Sequence record: DRR723986_8357
Length of the DNA: 50,290 nucleotides
Strand: one strand, 5' to 3'
Positions within the stretch are counted from its first letter, which is position 1. Every line of letters starts with the position of its first letter. Below are positions 1-8,355 of this stretch, piece after piece. The notes under the pieces were generated by a model, which was given only the letters and a program-made list of their open reading frames with translations, did not search any database and was not told the DNA's origin. Position numbers and translations under genes: made by a program.

Positions 1-65
<65 letters not shown>

Positions 66-271
66 CCTGTTTTCTCCTAAGCCCGCAAAAACCAAGGGTT
101 CTTGAGCTTCTCTATTCTCTCATGGGCCGCGATTTCGTTCTACTTGCTAAATTAGTCCGACAGGTCTTGTAGACGTCAGGACTGGATGAGCCCGGCGGCT
201 GCTTACTCCAAGTGCCTCAGCGGTCCATTGCGGTTTGCAGCTTACTAATTGGTGCGCTAGACGAGGTTGAG

Positions 272-793
272 ATGACGCGTTTCGCTCTTGCCTTAATCAC
301 GACGATGCTCCTGAGTAGTCCAGCTTCAGGGCAAGAAGAATGGCCTCCAACTTGGTTGTCGGGTGTTTGGAGCATCGAATCCAGAACGGTTACGCTTGAG
401 GGACTACCGCCCCCGTTCGAAGTATCCAAGCCTCTGGCATACATCTTTGAACCAGAACGTCAGTTGATTTGCCAAGAGCACAGGGGCCACTCCTTGGGCT
501 TGAAGGCAGCCACGAAGAAGGGCGAGACCTACTACACGCTTTTCAGTCGCCCTACCGGCAAGCGTCCGCTGTGGCGGGCGATAGTCACGAAGAAGCCTCA
601 GAGCGTTGAGCTAACGACAATTTTAGAAATGCCCAATGACTTCGGCACATTGAAAATCGTAAGTATTTTGAAGCCGATGCCTCGTGAAGCAGCAGGTAAG
701 CTTGCCTATCGGCTTGCGACCTACGGTGATGGTGCGCCCTCGACTGCGTCTGCAGCAAAGATCCTAGACCGTTGGGCTTTCGAGAAGCGGTGA
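272..793 (+). CDS. Hypothetical secreted protein
   Basis: ATG at 272 after GAGG RBS; signal peptide MTRFALALITTMLLSSPASG. Confidence 0.7.
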   Translation: MTRFALALITTMLLSSPASGQEEWPPTWLSGVWSIESRTVTLEGLPPPFEVSKPLAYIFEPERQLICQEHRGHSLGLKAATKKGETYYTLFSRPTGKRPLWRAIVTKKPQSVELTTILEMPNDFGTLKIVSILKPMPREAAGKLAYRLATYGDGAPSTASAAKILDRWAFEKR

Positions 794-1337
794 CGAAAGA
801 AAAGCGATGACGAACGAACGAGTTTAGGGCAACGCATCGGGCCCTTAATGTAGGTAAGTTCCGTTGTCGCTCGATTGAGCTTCCTGTTCTTAAGGTGCTT
901 TGCACGAATATTGACGGAGTCCTTCCCACCGCCTGCCGGGTGACTTAGGAAAGGCCAAAACAGCTTGATCAACCCCCGAGCTTGTACCAGTCTTACCGTT
1001 GCCAGGCCACATGAGCGGATGCTGAGCTGCTTCTTCTTGGTTCAATTGCTTGCGCGATCGGAAATTGGGCCTGAAGCGACTTCAGACGCGGGGCTTACTG
1101 ACTCGAGGCCTAGTCTATTGCAGCCGGACACCCACGCCTGGTACCATCAGTAGAACTCACAGCAAGGTTTAATCGCCCGATAGCATGTGTCTTGCGCACA
1201 AGTGCAAAACAGGTTATTGCATCCTGAGATCTTGTCGCCGCTATCGAGTCGCTGTTTGCCTTCCCGCAGACAGTCTCGGGCGGGGCAGAGTTAACTCGCG
1301 GCGGTCCAACTGTGTCAGACCTTACGGCAGTTGAATC

Positions 1338-1913
1338 ATGGAAAACACAGACTTGGAGTCTTGGCTGGCTGCGATGCGAGAGACGATTACGTCGTACCGG
1401 CGAATGATCGACGCAACGGTTGAGCAGCTCACTGATTCGGAGCTGTCGGCCCGTCCTTCACCTGACGTGAACTCTGTCGGAATTATCCTGCGCCACCTTG
1501 GCGGCAACCTCCAGAGCCGATGGACAGACTTTCTTACGACAGACGGCGAGAAAGCGAATCGTGATCGGGATTCCGAGTTTCTCGATTGGCAAGGCGATCG
1601 TCAGTCCTTGCTTGCATATTTTGATCGCGGATGGAATGCGTTGGAATATGCCATTGATTCAATTCACGAATCGACCGTTAGTCAAACGATTTACATCAGA
1701 GGCGAAGCCCATTCTGTTCCGCAAGCACTTACGCGTTCGGTCACTCACCTAACCTATCACGTTGGCCAAATTGCAATGATCGCAAGGATGGTCCACTCTG
1801 GTGATTGGCATTGGCTAACGATTGCTCCAGGATCTTCTAAGGAACACAATGGTCGCACTTGGGGAACGGTTGAAAGTCGCAGTGTCTTTGCAAAACCCAA
1901 AGACGACGATTGA
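1338..1913 (+). CDS. DUF1572 / DinB-superfamily protein
   Basis: Motifs NSVGIILRHLGGNLQSRWTDFLTTDGEK, RDRDSEF, HLTYHVGQI. Confidence 0.9.
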   Translation: MENTDLESWLAAMRETITSYRRMIDATVEQLTDSELSARPSPDVNSVGIILRHLGGNLQSRWTDFLTTDGEKANRDRDSEFLDWQGDRQSLLAYFDRGWNALEYAIDSIHESTVSQTIYIRGEAHSVPQALTRSVTHLTYHVGQIAMIARMVHSGDWHWLTIAPGSSKEHNGRTWGTVESRSVFAKPKDDD

Positions 1914-2010
1914 TTGCGGAACCGCTCTGGCGATGGGTTTGAGGTTCTGCAGCGGTCTTGCGACGTGACTGCATGTTTTTTCCGAACGCTAGTCTCAAAA
2001 GGAATTCTTG

Positions 2011-2613
2011 ATGCCAAAGATTGCACTGATTCTTGGGCTGTTCTGCTGGATGGGCAGCCTCTGTGCTGCAGATCCAATTTTGAAACAACGGCAATACATT
2101 GCCATACATCAAGAGTTTCGTGATCTGCAGAAGCAAGCAGGTGACACGGATCTAGTTGTTTCGCCAAAAGAACGAGCAATGTGGCTCGAATTGGACGGAA
2201 AACCCATTCGCAACGAATCCGTGTCGCTTCCCGCTCGAATGAAATGGGCGGCGTTTCGTGTTACGCATCAAGGAATCTCGCAAGTCTCGTTTCCTCTTCG
2301 CATAGATCGACCGCGTGCTGGCGTCAAAGTCGAAACCGATGTTGAGATCATCTACGTGCTTGGCGTTGGATCCGAACAAGCGTTTTCGATGTCGTTTGCT
2401 GCAACAACCGGAGGGAATTCGTTTAGCGCTGGGTTCTGTACGGGCATAGGCGCCATGCAGTTCACACTCCCACGCAAGTCGGCGGGAACCCCCGAAAAAG
2501 CCAGCTCGATGCTGATTGCAGATGATTTGAAAAACGAACGCTTTCGTGAATCGGTTACCCTGTTGGATGTTCCAATTCGCATTATACGGAAGGATACGGA
2601 CGTCGGGCCCTGA
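2011..2613 (+). CDS. Hypothetical secreted protein
   Basis: 200-aa ORF, AAGGA RBS, signal peptide MPKIALILGLFCWMGSLCA. Confidence 0.7.
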   Translation: MPKIALILGLFCWMGSLCAADPILKQRQYIAIHQEFRDLQKQAGDTDLVVSPKERAMWLELDGKPIRNESVSLPARMKWAAFRVTHQGISQVSFPLRIDRPRAGVKVETDVEIIYVLGVGSEQAFSMSFAATTGGNSFSAGFCTGIGAMQFTLPRKSAGTPEKASSMLIADDLKNERFRESVTLLDVPIRIIRKDTDVGP

Positions 2614-2651
2614 TGGTGCAGTACTTGACCGACATTCCGAATAGTCAAGCT

Positions 2652-2669
2652 GTGAACCGGAGCGGCGAA
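2652..2669 (+). repeat. Degenerate attC-like (cassette-associated) repeat half-site
   Basis: GTGAACCGGAGCGGCGAA just downstream of the 2011-2613 stop; shares AACC(G)GAGCGGCGAA with 3808-3821. Confidence 0.5.
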
Positions 2670-2780
2670 GTTGGCAATTTGGAATGGATGGAGCCCACTG
2701 CCGGCAGGAGGAAATACGCTCTGCTTTCGAGCGATAGGATCTGGCTGAGGCTGGCGGCCATTCGCGGCGTCAGCGCTAAA

Positions 2781-2858
2781 GTAGCAGGCACACTCCAAGT
2801 GCGGTAGCCGCGCGGAACCTGATTCGTGGCGGACGGCACGGCGGAGCGTGCCTGCTCC
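2781..2858. repeat. GTAG-type REP doublet (REPIN-like long hairpin)
   Basis: GTAGCAGGCACACTCC (2781-2796) pairs with GGAGCGTGCCTGCTCC (2843-2858); the right unit contains the palindrome GGCACG..CGTGCC; inner GCCGCG/CGTGGC stem. Confidence 0.65.
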
Positions 2859-2896
2859 TTCGGTTCATCAACATCTGCTGCACATCGGACACTTGA

Positions 2897-3382
2897 TTGA
2901 CAAACCCATACCAAACACCCAAGTCATCTGATTTCGCGGATGATGCCGCCCGAGAACACGACGAGGTGCGTACACGGCTATCGCGACCTGCAACCGCATT
3001 GCTCATCATGGCGTCAATCCAATCCGTCTTCCCGGCAATCGCTATTGTATCTTTCATCGTCGTTGCGCTGCGTGGCGAGCCTATCGGCAGTGCGATCCCT
3101 GCGCTAGTTGGGATACTAATCCATTTCGTCTTTCTGCTAGCGATTGCAATCGGTGCTGCGAAAATGGGGCACCTGGAGTCGTACCGCGCTGGTAGAACCG
3201 CGGCTACACTCTCATGTATTCCTGGCCTGACGCCATTCGCTCTACTTGGAATTCCGTTTGGCATTTGGTCGATTCGACTGCTCAACGATCCCGCCGTGCA
3301 GGCTGCTTTTCCGGACGGCCCATCTGTTTCGGGGAACGGAAACGAACAAAAGGATGCAACCGCAATTCTCGATGAAATTTAA
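2897..3382 (+). CDS. Membrane protein with N-terminal NPYQTP motif (planctomycete-type hypothetical)
   Basis: TNPYQTP start, 3-4 hydrophobic helices, LGIPFGIWS..L.DP.V C-terminal motif. Confidence 0.8.
   Translation: MTNPYQTPKSSDFADDAAREHDEVRTRLSRPATALLIMASIQSVFPAIAIVSFIVVALRGEPIGSAIPALVGILIHFVFLLAIAIGAAKMGHLESYRAGRTAATLSCIPGLTPFALLGIPFGIWSIRLLNDPAVQAAFPDGPSVSGNGNEQKDATAILDEI
3345..3362 (+). repeat. Truncated attC-like half-site
   Basis: AAC-N5-GATGCAACCG at the 3' end of ORF 2897-3382; same architecture as 3795-3812. Confidence 0.5.
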
Positions 3383-3881
3383 ACTCAAGACATTGCTCGC
3401 GGTTCTGGCATTTGTCGCTGTGTTTCTTGCGCTGCTGATTAGCCGCGTAGAATCCAACCGTAGGAATTTGGAAGCTGCAGAATTAGCATCCGAACTTTAC
3501 CGAAAGCATTTGCTTCGCGAACTGGAAAAACCGTATGGTTCATTTTTTCCGCCGGGCTGGACAGCGATAGTCCACGGACAAGGAGATGTCATTGACCTAA
3601 CGAAGGCGTCAGGAAGAGCCGAGCTTCTAACTCGAATTGAAGACGGAAGAACGAACTTTCGTGTAAGGTGTGCCAGTGGGCAAATAATGGGTCAAGACGA
3701 ATTGCTCACTGAACCGTATCCAATTTACTTCTCGTCCCCCAACGCTTCACCACGACTGTTCAGTTCCAATACGCTATTCGGTGGTGCATCGGATAACCAC
3801 ACGATGCAACCGAGCGGCGAACCTGTGAATTGGCCTGATCGTTCGCTCGGAAGTGAAAGCGGGACGCCAGAGCGACCGTGA
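3372..3881 (+). CDS. Hypothetical protein with N-terminal membrane anchor
   Basis: MKFKLKTLLAVLAFVAVFLALL leader; overlaps the upstream stop by 11 nt. Confidence 0.65.
   Translation: MKFKLKTLLAVLAFVAVFLALLISRVESNRRNLEAAELASELYRKHLLRELEKPYGSFFPPGWTAIVHGQGDVIDLTKASGRAELLTRIEDGRTNFRVRCASGQIMGQDELLTEPYPIYFSSPNASPRLFSSNTLFGGASDNHTMQPSGEPVNWPDRSLGSESGTPERP
3795..3821 (+). repeat. Degenerate attC-like half-site
   Basis: (T)AAC-CACAC-GATGCAAC-CGAGCGGCGAA near the 3' end of ORF 3372-3881. Confidence 0.55.
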
Positions 3882-4117
3882 AGCCGCTCTGACGCCGCAG
3901 GAGGCGTACTGCAGACGCCCATCTAAAATCTACGTCACGCGGCTGCGGAAGCAACGAAATCTGCCGGGATAGTTCCGAATCGCCCCAGGGGCACTCAAGG
4001 ATTGAAGCTGGTTTATCAGCATAAACGCCTTGTCCTTCTACTAAGAACTGCGGCGCGGTACCCAGAATCGACGCAGGGCTTTTGCTTCGCTACAGAGTGG
4101 GATGACTCGGTTCTGAC

Positions 4118-4594
4118 TCACGCATTGCCTTCATCGCGACGCATGTTGGGAATGAGAAAGCTCAGGTGATGGGCTGCGTGAGCGGCGTGAAACCTGCTGA
4201 ATTCTGCTTTACTCATGTTGCCGAAACCGGGATGGCCGTGCAATGCATCGATCCTTGAATTGAAATCTGCAATGCAACGCCTAAGCTTCTCGACTTCATC
4301 CTCGTCTTCGGCGTCGACCGGTGGCACGAAAATACGAGCCGTTGGTATTCCACTAGGTGATGTACCAGAAAGAAGTTTAGGAAGCATGAATGTTCGCAAG
4401 ATTGGTCGGAGCGGATAGCCCAAGATCACCATCCAACTTGGGTAACCATCCATGTTTCGCTCGATTGTCAATCGAAGGTGGCAACAAATCTGCGCAAGTG
4501 ACCAGTTTCCAGATTTGCTGTACCCGGTCTCCAGCAGGTGAGCACATTCGATTAAGACATCATCGAGCTTAACAATTTCTAGACTACGCCGCAT
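4118..4594 (-). CDS. DUF1569 family protein (DinB-like fold)
   Basis: GNWSLAQICCHL and HPGFGNMSKAEFSRFHAAHAAHHLSFL; ATG at 4594 after a GGGGGA RBS. Confidence 0.85.
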   Translation of the reverse strand: MRRSLEIVKLDDVLIECAHLLETGYSKSGNWSLAQICCHLRLTIERNMDGYPSWMVILGYPLRPILRTFMLPKLLSGTSPSGIPTARIFVPPVDAEDEDEVEKLRRCIADFNSRIDALHGHPGFGNMSKAEFSRFHAAHAAHHLSFLIPNMRRDEGNA

Positions 4595-4862
4595 AGCATC
4601 CCCCCCGTTAGTTTCTTGTGTCGTCAATACACCGAGCGATCCAAAATCCGAACGTTCCAAAAACAGCAAAGTCTGCATTCAAATCCGGTCCCCATCGACG
4701 CGACGAATCGAAAGGCCTTTCGAGAATTAACGTCGCTGCTTACGGGAGATCGATTCCTGCATTCTACGGCGTCTACCGAGACCCTGGCTAGTTGCTAGAC
4801 TGGCGGTTTAGTGATCAGCGCGACGTAACCATTAAACCAGTACTAAATGTGAGTTAACTGGC

Positions 4863-5381
4863 ATGAACCAAAGACATTGGGGCTTAATCATTCTTTCGAT
4901 CGTGCTTGGCTGTAGTAAGCCGGCTGACAAAGAAGCTGCTGGACTGAATGATGCACCGGATGCGGTCGATCAAAACGCCCAGTCAGACGACACGGCTGAA
5001 GTTGCAGCCTCGGAAGAAATAACGTCGGAAGAAGAAAAAACGACCGTCGAGGATCAAGTCGCGGAACGGATCACGTTGGCTATTGAGATGCTTGAGGCGG
5101 AAAAATACAGTGAATTTCTGAACTCATTCCTTGTGCCAGCAGAACTTAAGGCGGTCAAGGATGATGGGAAGTTTGGCGATGTGCTCAAGAACTTTTCTCG
5201 TCGGAACGCCCCGGAGTTGTTGGGTGCTCTGAAATCGATCCAAGGTACTCAACCAAGGATGAGTGATGATCAGAAAATCGCCTGGTTTGAAACAGAGCAG
5301 AGGATCGCTAGCAGTAACGTGTTTGCATTAGTATTTGTTGACGGCGACTGGTTTGTCCCGAATCGACCGCCCAAGGAGTAA
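4863..5381 (+). CDS. Hypothetical lipoprotein
   Basis: Lipobox VLGC, acidic linker, C-terminal VDGDWF. Confidence 0.75.
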   Translation: MNQRHWGLIILSIVLGCSKPADKEAAGLNDAPDAVDQNAQSDDTAEVAASEEITSEEEKTTVEDQVAERITLAIEMLEAEKYSEFLNSFLVPAELKAVKDDGKFGDVLKNFSRRNAPELLGALKSIQGTQPRMSDDQKIAWFETEQRIASSNVFALVFVDGDWFVPNRPPKE

Positions 5382-5503
5382 GCCGATTACAAATGCTCAG
5401 GTGCACCTTCGATATTTTGTGCTGGCGACGTGGCCGCACCCAAAGCTTGTTCTTTGCCGTGAGTCCGACTAAGTTTGCACGTTGGGCGATCTCGTGTGGT
5501 GGT

Positions 5504-6346
5504 TTATCTGACGGTTCCGGGCTTCGCGCCCGCAGCTTTCAGCAACATGGCAATCTTGTTACTTGATGCCCAGTCGAGTGGGCTTTCGCCGTCTTTGTTC
5601 TTGGCGTTCACGTCGGCACCGTTTCTAATTAGCATCTCAGTGAATCGAGGGTCCTCCAGTGATGCAGCATAGTGCAATGCTGTACACCCGAAGACATTCT
5701 TGACGCTATGTTTTGCACCTTTGTTGAGGAGTAGCTGGGTTGTCTTGACGTTGCGTCCGTTGACTGCGAAGAACAGGGCTGAATTCCCCCAGCCCGTCGG
5801 TCTATTGATATCGGTTCTCGAGGTGAGCAACTTCTTGAGGTCTTCAATTTCGCCAATTCCTGCAGCAACGTGAACTGGAAACTTGGTTTTGATTCCCAGG
5901 TCTTTGAGTTTGGTCGCTAGTTTTTTGTGGCCCTGGAATGCGGCTTCTTCGAGGGCGTTGCCACCGAATTTGTCCACCAAGGTGATGTCGGCTCCCTCTT
6001 TGATTAGGTATTCGACAATCTTGAGTTCGCCGACGGATGCTGCTTGATTGAACGCTGGCATCTTCCAGTTTGATTCACGCACGTTAACGGAAGCTCCTGC
6101 ATCGACAACGGTACGAACAATTTGCAAGTTCGCTGACGAAACAGCCTGCCATAGAACTGGATCGTGCTGCGCGTCACCGAAGTCAATGTCGTCCAGTCGC
6201 GTAACAAGCTCGGCCACTCTCGGCACATTCTCATCCCAGATCGCTTCAGCAAGTTGCTCGCGAACATGAGACTGCGCGCGTGCAGGTTGGCCCGTGCTCA
6301 AAATAAAGATGCATGCAGCGGCAAGAAATGAGAAGAATCTTTTCAA
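5504..6346 (-). CDS. Secreted ankyrin-repeat protein
   Basis: Repeated G.TALHYAA / GNSALFFAV / GADVNAKNKDGESPLDWA ankyrin motifs; probable TTG start at 6346 (GGAGA RBS) with a signal peptide ending ARA-Q. Confidence 0.9.
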   Translation of the reverse strand: MKRFFSFLAAACIFILSTGQPARAQSHVREQLAEAIWDENVPRVAELVTRLDDIDFGDAQHDPVLWQAVSSANLQIVRTVVDAGASVNVRESNWKMPAFNQAASVGELKIVEYLIKEGADITLVDKFGGNALEEAAFQGHKKLATKLKDLGIKTKFPVHVAAGIGEIEDLKKLLTSRTDINRPTGWGNSALFFAVNGRNVKTTQLLLNKGAKHSVKNVFGCTALHYAASLEDPRFTEMLIRNGADVNAKNKDGESPLDWASSNKIAMLLKAAGAKPGTVR

Positions 6347-6605
6347 CTGAGTTCTCCCAGCGGTAGTATGCGTCCAACGGTCACGACGGATCCGCCTGTG
6401 ACTCCGAAAGTAGCCGCAGGTAGGATTCCGCATTACAGTATATGCTCCCAGAGCAGTAGCGACGTCAGGAATTGATTGCGATAATCGGAATGTGAAGCTT
6501 AGGCTTTGGTTAAGAAGGGGTTGCATGCAGTTTCCGCTCAGTGCTGCGTTCTAGCGTTTTACGGCTGGATTTTATATTTTGAAACTCTGCGTTGCCCAGA
6601 CCGGA

Positions 6606-6634
6606 TTGACCAGGAAGGTGAGTTTTGCCACATT
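6606..6634 (+). promoter_or_regulatory. Candidate sigma70 promoter for the ncRNA-RT transcript
   Basis: TTGACC-17 nt-CACATT with TG at the extended -10 position, ~65 nt upstream of the inverted repeat. Confidence 0.35.
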
Positions 6635-6698
6635 GAAGAGGTAGTCGAGCTGCGGAGCCGAGGCAGTCAAGATTGGCCCGATTGCTGGGATTTTCATT

Positions 6699-6919
6699 CC
6701 GATGCAAACCGAGCCTCACACGAGGTAACCTCGTGGGTGAACCTTACTTAGGAATTTGACAGCGTGAGCGATGATCCGACTGCCGTCGGATTGGAGCTCA
6801 CGCACTCGCTTCGACAGGTTGAATCGCTCTGGCTCTGCGGCCGACTTATCTAGCCCTTTCTTGAGACCTGTATCGGAAAACAGGACGCGGATTAGAGTGG
6901 AGTCGCACGGTTGCATCGG
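6699..6919 (+). ncRNA. Putative retron msr-msd RNA
   Basis: Terminal inverted repeat CCGATGCAA(A)CCG (6699-6711) / CGGTTGCATCGG (6908-6919), followed on the 5' arm by AGC (candidate branch G 6713); hairpins CACGAGG-TAA-CCTCGTG (6719-6735) and GCGTGAGC..ATCCGAC-TGCC-GTCGGAT..GCTCACGC (6762-6803); ends 56 nt upstream of the RT. Confidence 0.7.
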
Positions 6920-6975
6920 CGCTGGAACGGTTACTGGACGCCTGTCTTATTTGTGTCTTACCGGGGCTAAACACC

Positions 6976-8325
6976 GTGAGCCTTACCGTCGGAGTTGATC
7001 GCAAGGAATTCTGCAATGTGCTCGCATTTCGCCTTGCCAAAACCTGGCTTGCCAGCCGGCTGCGTATCGCACAAATTCTTCGCAGGGCGTTAGGACGTTT
7101 TCCAAAGTGGTGTGAACAACTCTCCGTAGAGCTTCACGAGGAGTATGGTGACGCCCAATATGCCAGTCAGCGAGAATTGCGCCGGTTTCTGGACAAATCT
7201 CGGATTCTCCGTGGTGTTTTTCGCGGGAAGCGGAAGTTGCAGGTTAACCAGGCCTTCAAGGAGTCCCTGAGCGGACATCGTTGGGATGCACCCGAGGCGC
7301 GGACAGACGAACAGCTTCGTGATTTGCTCTGTCTGTCGTCGCATGACGCCCTCGATTGGCTCTTGAAGCCTCACTTTGTTCGTGAAACCAAAGTGGACCA
7401 CTACCGTCGGCACCTCGTTCGGAAACCCGGAGGACAGTATCGCCTGATTGAAGAGCCCCGCCCGCTACTAAAACGCGTGCAGCGAACAATAGCTGAGCAT
7501 ATTTTGCCGTTGGCTCCGATTCATGCCGCAGCACATGGCTTTGTGCCAGGTCGTTCAGTCTTCACTGCGGCTGCGGTTCATTGTGGTAAGAGGCTCGTAC
7601 TATGCATGGACTTGGCAGACTTCTTTGGTTCGATTGACCGACGTCGCGCCGGTGCTCTTTTCAAGATGTTTGGCTATCCATGGCGGGTGGCATCCAAACT
7701 GAGTTGCCTGTGCACTGCGCCACCCAAAGAAGTCTTCCTGCAGCAAGGAAAAACGTCGAACAGCCTTCCAAGTGAACGCCAAATCTGCAAGGCTGAACGC
7801 AGCTCGTGGGTTGGAGGAAGTCGTCTTCCGCAAGGAGCGCCGACGTCGCCTGGAATTGCGAATGCAGTTGCGTACCGGTTCGATCAGCGGATCGCGGGGC
7901 TGGCTAGCAGCGTCGGTGCAGAGTACACGCGATATGCAGATGACCTCACCCTCAGCGGCGACGCGCAATTCGTTCGGTCAGTGGCTAGAGTCATCCCATT
8001 AATTGGAGCGATCGCGATTGAAGAAGGGTTTGCAGTTAACTATCGCAAGACGCGTCGGATGTACTCAGGCCATCGCCAAACAGTTCTTGGGTTGACGGTC
8101 AATCATACGCCGGCGGCATCACGAAATGCGTTCGAGCAACTCAAGGCAATCCTGTACAACTGCGGGCGGTATGGCCCGCAATCACAGAATCGAGACGAGA
8201 TCGTGAATTTTCGCGAGCATCTCCGCGGTCGAATCAGCTTCGTTGGAGCGGCGCATTCAAGCCGGGCGAAGAAGCTCAAAGATCTGTTTGACAAAATACA
8301 GTGGGATGAATCTGAAGCGGATTAG
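6976..8325 (+). CDS. Retron-type RNA-directed DNA polymerase (reverse transcriptase)
   Basis: RT motifs KPGGQYRLIEEP, HAAAHGF (region X-like), DLADFFGSI, LPQGAPTSPGIAN, YTRYADDLTLSG, region Y-like VLGLTVN; no maturase, endonuclease or Cas1 domain visible. Confidence 0.92.
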   Translation: MSLTVGVDRKEFCNVLAFRLAKTWLASRLRIAQILRRALGRFPKWCEQLSVELHEEYGDAQYASQRELRRFLDKSRILRGVFRGKRKLQVNQAFKESLSGHRWDAPEARTDEQLRDLLCLSSHDALDWLLKPHFVRETKVDHYRRHLVRKPGGQYRLIEEPRPLLKRVQRTIAEHILPLAPIHAAAHGFVPGRSVFTAAAVHCGKRLVLCMDLADFFGSIDRRRAGALFKMFGYPWRVASKLSCLCTAPPKEVFLQQGKTSNSLPSERQICKAERSSWVGGSRLPQGAPTSPGIANAVAYRFDQRIAGLASSVGAEYTRYADDLTLSGDAQFVRSVARVIPLIGAIAIEEGFAVNYRKTRRMYSGHRQTVLGLTVNHTPAASRNAFEQLKAILYNCGRYGPQSQNRDEIVNFREHLRGRISFVGAAHSSRAKKLKDLFDKIQWDESEAD

Positions 8326-8355
8326 GCAACGTCCTTCTCAGCATCTGTCTTTGTT

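Noticed and set aside
3971-3995. attR copy of the tRNA 3' end (GTTCCGAATCGCCCCAGGGGCA)
   Set aside because: Only loose similarity to the tRNA T arm; no integrase nearby
6699-6935. The inverted repeat as an attC site
   Set aside because: Lacks correctly spaced AAC/GTT R boxes and is longer than a typical attC
6506-6998. Short ORFs (6506-6751, 6716-6916, 6771-6998) as retron effectors
   Set aside because: No recognisable motifs or RBS, and they overlap the structured RNA; probably spurious
6976-8325. RT as a group II intron, DGR or CRISPR-associated RT
   Set aside because: No maturase/endonuclease tail or domain V hairpin (only 30 nt to the next gene), no TR/VR repeat pair or avd, no cas1 or array; the motifs are retron-like
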